Sequence record: NC_042098.1 | DNA length: 64,000 bases | Strand: one strand, 5' to 3' | Part shown: piece after piece, positions 58,451 through 64,000 of the stretch | Position numbering within the stretch: position 1 is the stretch's first letter | Layout: each line of letters begins with the position of its first letter | Made by a program: the position numbers and the translations under genes | Notes under the pieces: model-generated | The model's database searches: none | What the model saw: the letters and a program-made list of their open reading frames with translations, nothing else | What the model was told of the DNA's origin: nothing

Positions 58451-59983
58451 TTACCCAAACCACGGAGCTCCACCGCCATCAGAGTTTGTCTCTCCGGCAA
58501 CGTGCTTACGGGATTTGTCCTTTCCATTCACATCATCAAGAATACCGACTCCAGGTTCGAACTTGTAAACGCAATATTTATCACGCTCAGGTGTAATCGA
58601 AATGGTGCGATGCTTACCGCGCTGAATGCACAGATAAGACTCTTCACCAACACGGACAATATGGATAATCATTTCCACATCGACTTCTTGGTCGATCTTG
58701 GTACAGTTATCCCAATAACCTTTATTCGCTGTTTCACGTGGAAGGTCTTCTTCGAGACCGTTACGGACCAGCATCTTCGCAGCAGGACTCAACTGATGCG
58801 GAGTAATGACACAGATACCACGAGCAGACGTAAAGTTACGGACACGACGGAAAAGATCACGGTACTCTTGTCCCGCAACACCTTTCTCGCAACCTTCTTT
58901 ACTGAACATCCCCAGGTAGTCGATGGTTAATAGATGAATTTCATAACCCATATTCTCAAAGTGCTTAATACGCTCAAAGAGATTACGGTAACCAAACTGC
59001 GATGGGTTAACACGACAGAAGTTGACTTCATAACCGTTAATAGATAAGGCGGCTAAGACTTCACGGGCTGCTTCCGCTTCATCTACTGTCTGATGGTTAT
59101 GATCCAGGCCATCGATGTTTGCTTTGATCTTCTTCCACCACAGAACCATGTTGTCGGTCATGTTGTTTTCAGAAGAGATGTGCATGATCATCGGTTTCTT
59201 CTTCGGATCACGCATGTACGGTTTGTTAAAGGTGGCGATCTGACGTGTCAGGTCCATGGTGAAGCCGGTCTTGTTGTTGTGCTGCAAGGCACCAATCAAG
59301 ACGAACTCACTGCGACGGAACCCGCCCACTTCACCCAGCATGCGGTTGATACCGGTGTAACCTGTCTTTAATACCCCAAGCGTAGAAGACTCTTCTTTCG
59401 CTTGCTTAAAGATCTTACCCACTTCTTCCAGGTTACTGACTGTAATGTCAGAGATCACCGCTGGGTCAAACTGTTCAGAGACACCGATGTTAACCGTTTC
59501 AATCTCTTCTAAGAGCTTGACCACCGCAGAATCCATGTCGATGTCTTCACCGCCAAAGATGATAGGTGCTGCAAACCGCTTGATGATGGCCTTCGCCCGA
59601 CGGTGCTGATCCCACTTACGCAGTTCACGTCCAATGGCGACCACAGACTGTTTGGCTTTGTAAGGATCATCCTCGGTGCTGCTGACACCCATTTCTAAGG
59701 CTTGGTAAGTTGCCGCGTCATGGCCGCAGTCAGTTAACAAGCGTTGAAGCAGATCAGTTTTATCCAGTGGTTGATTCTTAGGACGACTAATCATCCAGCG
59801 AATAGTGCGGCGTAAGGCTAGCTGTACATTGCGGGATTCGTCATCACCTGTACCTTCAACAGGGGTCGGAATGTTATCCAGGAGTTCATCAACGAACTCA
59901 CTGCTGTCATCGCTGTCAGTGCCAACAATGGACTCTTGATAAAATAACGTAATAATCTTTATGAGTAATAGAACGGTTTCCAT
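58451..59983 (-). CDS. dnaB: Replicative DNA helicase (phiKZ gp118-like)
   Basis: LKTGYTGINRMLG, divergent Walker A GALQHNNKTG, ISSE, LLTIDYL, ITPHQLS, QRGKHR; start 59983 after GAGGGG. Confidence 0.9.
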   Translation of the reverse strand: METVLLLIKIITLFYQESIVGTDSDDSSEFVDELLDNIPTPVEGTGDDESRNVQLALRRTIRWMISRPKNQPLDKTDLLQRLLTDCGHDAATYQALEMGVSSTEDDPYKAKQSVVAIGRELRKWDQHRRAKAIIKRFAAPIIFGGEDIDMDSAVVKLLEEIETVNIGVSEQFDPAVISDITVSNLEEVGKIFKQAKEESSTLGVLKTGYTGINRMLGEVGGFRRSEFVLIGALQHNNKTGFTMDLTRQIATFNKPYMRDPKKKPMIMHISSENNMTDNMVLWWKKIKANIDGLDHNHQTVDEAEAAREVLAALSINGYEVNFCRVNPSQFGYRNLFERIKHFENMGYEIHLLTIDYLGMFSKEGCEKGVAGQEYRDLFRRVRNFTSARGICVITPHQLSPAAKMLVRNGLEEDLPRETANKGYWDNCTKIDQEVDVEMIIHIVRVGEESYLCIQRGKHRTISITPERDKYCVYKFEPGVGILDDVNGKDKSRKHVAGETNSDGGGAPWFG

Positions 59984-60011
59984 TATGCCCCTCGTTATAA
60001 GGTAATTAACC

Positions 60012-60641
60012 ATGTACAATGAAAAGTTGGTAATTGTGCCAGCGCCAATCCTTCGGGCTATTCACAATGCAAAAGAAAGTGAAGCAATTTTAACGTGTCC
60101 GAAAAGAATGCTTTCCATATTATCCAGACGTGATGTCATTTTCTACTACGTGGTGAATACTCTTCTTTGTGACTATTCCTATAAAGCAGACCCAGCCAAC
60201 CCAGAACCACCATTGGTGTCGGCGCTGCGGGATCTGTTGTCACACACTAACGGCGTAATGAATGCCTTTACCTCGCCGGCGTGGGTTGCGTTTGTTGATG
60301 AGAACGACGCCGATATCCAAAGTGAGCGTCGACTGAAAGCGCGTAGTATCTATGAGTACCTGACTGGTGAACCGTATGCATGGAATTCAACAGAAGGTGA
60401 CGATTCTTTAAGCTATATCTATGACACCCAGGCGAAAGTCGTGGGAGGTGAAGCCGTTGCAGTGTTGATTAATGCTGTGAAGGAGAACGATAGTTACAAT
60501 ATCATCAGTCATCAACGTTTATTCGAACAAACCATTCTGGCGTTCACTACACTGACAGCAGACACCAAAAGCTTTGCTTCCCTTTATAAAGGCTTTTGTG
60601 AACTGGTTTACCAAGACTCGCTAATCCGACGTTTTGTGTAA
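60012..60641 (+). CDS. Conserved hypothetical protein (phiKZ gp119 position)
   Basis: 209 aa between dnaB and MCP, TAAGG SD. Confidence 0.75.
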   Translation: MYNEKLVIVPAPILRAIHNAKESEAILTCPKRMLSILSRRDVIFYYVVNTLLCDYSYKADPANPEPPLVSALRDLLSHTNGVMNAFTSPAWVAFVDENDADIQSERRLKARSIYEYLTGEPYAWNSTEGDDSLSYIYDTQAKVVGGEAVAVLINAVKENDSYNIISHQRLFEQTILAFTTLTADTKSFASLYKGFCELVYQDSLIRRFV

Positions 60642-60662
60642 GAATCTATGTAATAGTATGTA
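60642..60662 (+). promoter_or_regulatory. Putative late promoter(s) for major capsid gene
   Basis: GAATCTATG and AGTATG upstream of MCP; TATG is the phiKZ late consensus. Confidence 0.45.
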
Positions 60663-60783
60663 AATTGCCATTTCGATGGCGGCGTACTGTTATGACCGTG
60701 TGTTAGCGCGACACAACCCCCTGTTTATGTACATAGACAGGTAATATCGAAAACTTATATAAGTTATTGAAGGAAACAACGAA

Positions 60784-63051
60784 ATGGCATTGAAACTTCT
60801 GCATGTAGCTAAAACCGCCGACATGCTGTCACGCATCCAATCTCAGATCAATGGCGGCCATGCATCAGGCGACGCTACCGCGGTTAAAAGCTACGGTATG
60901 GAGTCGCTTGACGGCAGCAGTCTGGGCGCGCAGGAAACCGCCATCAAAAATGGTATCTCTGTCATTACCGACGTGATCGCTCAGGGCACTGCATCTCAGG
61001 GCCAGAGCTACGCCGGTAACGGTCTGGAAGGTTTCTCTGATGCACAGATCCAAGCGGCATCAATCGCACTGACCATCGGTGGTGACTTCCAGGGTTACAT
61101 CGGTGCACTGAAAAACAACGCTAACCGTGCCATGTCTGCATCTGACCTGAGCCTGGTTTCCGGTAGCCGTTACGGCTCTGCTAACATGAAGCAGGGTTAC
61201 GGTACCGAAGCTTTCGAACAGGCGCAGAGCTTTGTTCCTCAGCAGAACGCAACGGTTGAATACAACCTGAAAGCGGCTAAGCAGGATGCCGTTGGTGAAG
61301 CCTTCTTCCCAACTACTACCCTGACGCCAAACGACATCGGCCTGAGCGTAACTGTGCCGGTTGACATCGTTGAACCTTTCATCAAGCACAAAGCAAATGG
61401 CGAAGTGACGGATTGGCAGCGTAAGAAGCTCATCAACGCAATGCGTGACCCGACCATTCTGCGTAACGACGCGATCAAGCTGATTCCTTATCGTCCACTG
61501 GACGGCAGCAACGACGCACAGTTCGCAGTAGGCGTGCCGAAGTTCAACGAAATTCAGGGCGGCGAAGAAGTACCAACTGGTGCGCTGAAGCCTGGTATCA
61601 AAATCGGTTTCATGGGTCTGTGCTCTACTCCGTCTCTGGTTCAGGCCGGCGCGCTGGAAGCATCTGATCAGATCGACACCGGTGCTCGTCTGCAGTACAT
61701 CTGGATCGAAGTAGCTAACGCCTCTGGCACCAAAGAGCTGTTCAAGCTGCGTACTGATCACCTGGATCGTTCTACTTTCCAGAAATCTCAGGAAGGCGAT
61801 AAGTTCGAGACGTCTCTGGACTTCTCTAATATCACCATCGCGCTGAACGACCTGAACAAAACCACCGACAACACCGATTCAGCTCTGCTGGCTCCGTTGG
61901 TGACTTCTGGTCAGCAAGCGATCCTGGCGCTGGATATCAAAGGCACCATGAACCACGAGAAAGGCAGCCTGGTAGTTAACTCGCTGACTAACCCGTCTAT
62001 CATCCGTGTTTACGATACCGTGGCTAAAGAAGATGCGAACACCAAGTCTGGTGCTCTGCGTGACGCAATCGACGCTCTGACGATCACCTTCAAAGGTTAC
62101 TTCGTCCGCGCTAACCTGCGTAACAGCAACTTCCGTACCCGCGAGCAGCGTGTTGACCGCCAGACTTCCGTGTACAAGTACATGGTACAGCTGGGCGCAC
62201 CAATCACTGCTATCGCTCCAGTAACTGACGCATGGGGCCCGAAAGAGTCTATCGCAGTTGAAACCCTGAGCAACGCAACGTATGCACGTAACTCCGCAAT
62301 GGCTATCAGCCGTCTGCTGGACTACGTTGAAACCATCCGTGATGCAGGCGTGACCAACAACGGTCTGTGGCAGCGTTACGATGAGAACAGCATCGAAGGC
62401 GTTGGTAAAGCTGTAGTTGATCCATGGTACGGCGAAGGTAGCTTTGACATCTCTAAAGTTGTCAACGGTGTTAAATCTTCTCAGACCCGCGATGACGTTT
62501 CTGAAAAGATCCTGAACATCCTGCGTACCTACGCATACCGCATGAACGCCGAGTCTGGCTACAACGTTGCACTGCAGATGCTGTACAACGAAGTTCAGCC
62601 AACGCTGGTTATCGCAACCGACAACATCATCGCGCAGTACCTGATGGAAGTTGGTGACCTCCGCACAGCTGGTATCAGCTTCAAAGTGCACGTGGCCACC
62701 ACCAACAACATCGAGATGCGCGGCAAGATCATCATGACCCTGTCTCGTATGAAGTCAGGCGGTCTGGATCTGCTGACGTTCGGTATGCACCTGTGGGTGC
62801 CTGAGATCGTAGCAACTGTTAACGTAATGCGTAACGGTACCTACATCGAAGAAACCATGGTGCAGCCGCGTAACCTGCACGTAGTGGTTTGCCCAATCGT
62901 GGCGAACATCACCATCACCGGTCTGGAAGATGCGTACACTGGCAAGATCACCGTCCCAGTTGACGTTGTGAGCATGCCTGAGTCTGCTGGCGCCCAAGAC
63001 CTGGGTGGTCTGAACACTACTCCGGCAACTACTACCAACCCTGCTGCGTAA
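60784..63051 (+). CDS. Major capsid protein (phiKZ gp120-like)
   Basis: 755 aa; propeptide with GME, GLE and GTE sites; strong codon bias; follows dnaB as in phiKZ and SPN3US. Confidence 0.9.
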   Translation: MALKLLHVAKTADMLSRIQSQINGGHASGDATAVKSYGMESLDGSSLGAQETAIKNGISVITDVIAQGTASQGQSYAGNGLEGFSDAQIQAASIALTIGGDFQGYIGALKNNANRAMSASDLSLVSGSRYGSANMKQGYGTEAFEQAQSFVPQQNATVEYNLKAAKQDAVGEAFFPTTTLTPNDIGLSVTVPVDIVEPFIKHKANGEVTDWQRKKLINAMRDPTILRNDAIKLIPYRPLDGSNDAQFAVGVPKFNEIQGGEEVPTGALKPGIKIGFMGLCSTPSLVQAGALEASDQIDTGARLQYIWIEVANASGTKELFKLRTDHLDRSTFQKSQEGDKFETSLDFSNITIALNDLNKTTDNTDSALLAPLVTSGQQAILALDIKGTMNHEKGSLVVNSLTNPSIIRVYDTVAKEDANTKSGALRDAIDALTITFKGYFVRANLRNSNFRTREQRVDRQTSVYKYMVQLGAPITAIAPVTDAWGPKESIAVETLSNATYARNSAMAISRLLDYVETIRDAGVTNNGLWQRYDENSIEGVGKAVVDPWYGEGSFDISKVVNGVKSSQTRDDVSEKILNILRTYAYRMNAESGYNVALQMLYNEVQPTLVIATDNIIAQYLMEVGDLRTAGISFKVHVATTNNIEMRGKIIMTLSRMKSGGLDLLTFGMHLWVPEIVATVNVMRNGTYIEETMVQPRNLHVVVCPIVANITITGLEDAYTGKITVPVDVVSMPESAGAQDLGGLNTTPATTTNPAA

Positions 63052-63078
63052 GCACCAGGCGCGAGAGTAATCCGTAGC

Positions 63079-63118
63079 GCATAAACAGAGGAGGAGCATT
63101 GCTCCTCCTCTTATGCCG
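63079..63118 (+). terminator. Terminator after MCP
   Basis: AGAGGAGGAGC-ATT-GCTCCTCCTCT perfect 11-bp stem then TATGCCG. Confidence 0.85.
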
Positions 63119-63156
63119 TGTGATTTTATAGAGGCACACACCAGGGGCGGATAGTA

Positions 63157-63870
63157 ATGCTTGAATTACTAATGATAGGAAGGAAGAAAGCAACAGGGGG
63201 TGGGATACCTGCGGATCTTGGACCAGGACCTGCCTCCATGCTTGGGTATTACGAGCGACCGGATGGCGGTAACTCAGGGTACTTCGGTACCTTTACTAAT
63301 TTTGTTTCAACAGCTGGGTTATGTCAATCTATCGGGTTAACTGCAGGTTACCAGCAAGTTGAGAATGCCACTTGGCATAAGTTTCTGTTAGATGGTAAGA
63401 TCCTCTTTATACCAACCAACTATATTGTGCGTAACCTCCATTGGAACTACATTTATAATGCCGGTGCGGTGTATGGCGATGACAGTTTTGGTGTTTATCA
63501 AAGCCCAACGCCAACAGCACAGAGTGCCAAGCATGTTACCGTGGATGGTCGGGTTTATCGTGTGCGGTTAGTATCTATCTCAAATGGTGATCCGGCTCTG
63601 ACAGGCCAAATCGATAAAACCACCGAATGGGGTCGGTTGATGTATCCGATTGATCCAACAGTCGATGCTAGTAATACTGAAGCGGGTAAGAAATGGGGTA
63701 ACGTGGGACTGCTTTTGAGTTCAACGCAGATTCTGGCAAAGGAGACCTACGCCAGCACACCTGCTAGTAGCCTGGTTGTGGTTACGAATTCTACGACACG
63801 CTCCGCTCAATCTAAATCATCCGCACCCAGTAACTGCACCTGGCGTCCGATTCTTGAACTTGTGCAGTAA
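63157..63870 (+). CDS. Virion structural protein of a multi-paralog jumbo-phage family
   Basis: MLELLM N-terminus; GPG...GYFG...GLTAG...W.KF.LDGK.LFIP...W..IY.AG.VYG...YRVRL...EW.RLMY...WRPILEL. Confidence 0.72.
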   Translation: MLELLMIGRKKATGGGIPADLGPGPASMLGYYERPDGGNSGYFGTFTNFVSTAGLCQSIGLTAGYQQVENATWHKFLLDGKILFIPTNYIVRNLHWNYIYNAGAVYGDDSFGVYQSPTPTAQSAKHVTVDGRVYRVRLVSISNGDPALTGQIDKTTEWGRLMYPIDPTVDASNTEAGKKWGNVGLLLSSTQILAKETYASTPASSLVVVTNSTTRSAQSKSSAPSNCTWRPILELVQ

Positions 63871-63874
63871 GCTC

Positions 63875-63906
63875 TAAGAGGAAGGCTCCGGCCTCCTCTT
63901 ATGCCG
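63875..63906 (+). terminator. Hairpin terminator
   Basis: TAAGAGG-A-AGGC-TCCG-GCCT-CCTCTTA then TGCCG. Confidence 0.78.
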
Positions 63907-63910
63907 ATCT

Positions 63911-63934
63911 GAAAGAATTACAGACCTACATTAC
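63911..63934 (+). promoter_or_regulatory. Putative phage early promoter
   Basis: GAAAGAATTACAGACC-TACATTAC (7/8 to TATATTAC) just after a terminator. Confidence 0.55.
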
Positions 63935-64000
63935 TAACTAGATGTAACAGCGACGCTAGTGTTTAGTTGAAGCCTTACATCTATGTGGAGTTAGGCGCGT

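Noticed and set aside
58451-59983. Intein or intron in dnaB, RNAP or polymerase genes
   Set aside because: Lengths are normal and no splice-junction or homing-endonuclease motifs are visible
61060-62691. 233-aa and 270-aa antisense ORFs in the MCP
   Set aside because: Shadow frames of a strongly codon-biased gene; no independent signals

Overview
This window is a 64-kb segment of a phiKZ/SPN3US-like jumbo myophage (Chimalliviridae, nucleus-forming type), most likely infecting Enterobacterales. All assignments come from motif recognition and synteny; no database searches were run. Core genes appear in phiKZ-like order: the C-terminal part of an SF2 helicase, a virion RNA polymerase beta' fragment, the exonuclease/motif-A half of a split family-B DNA polymerase, a long block of protease-matured internal head proteins, baseplate/tail/neck proteins, a collagen-like fibre with its chaperone, dTMP kinase, DnaB helicase and the major capsid protein. 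Accessory islands (about 0.8-8.5 kb, 13.9-18.9 kb, 20.6-22.8 kb, 54-58 kb) carry small unknown genes, paralog arrays and a DUF2829/Tad2-like protein. The most notable unexplained signals are: (1) a probable programmed -1 frameshift at a U8 run (9452-9459) joining a CxxC-containing assembly-chaperone-like gene to a downstream frame with no good start; (2) a family of hairpin terminators sharing a TTATGCC(G) tail; (3) a repeated early-promoter-like motif (A)CC-YAYAYYAY; (4) a shared N-terminal MLELLM-type tag on unrelated probable virion proteins. No tRNA, rRNA, CRISPR array, intron or intein was recognised.
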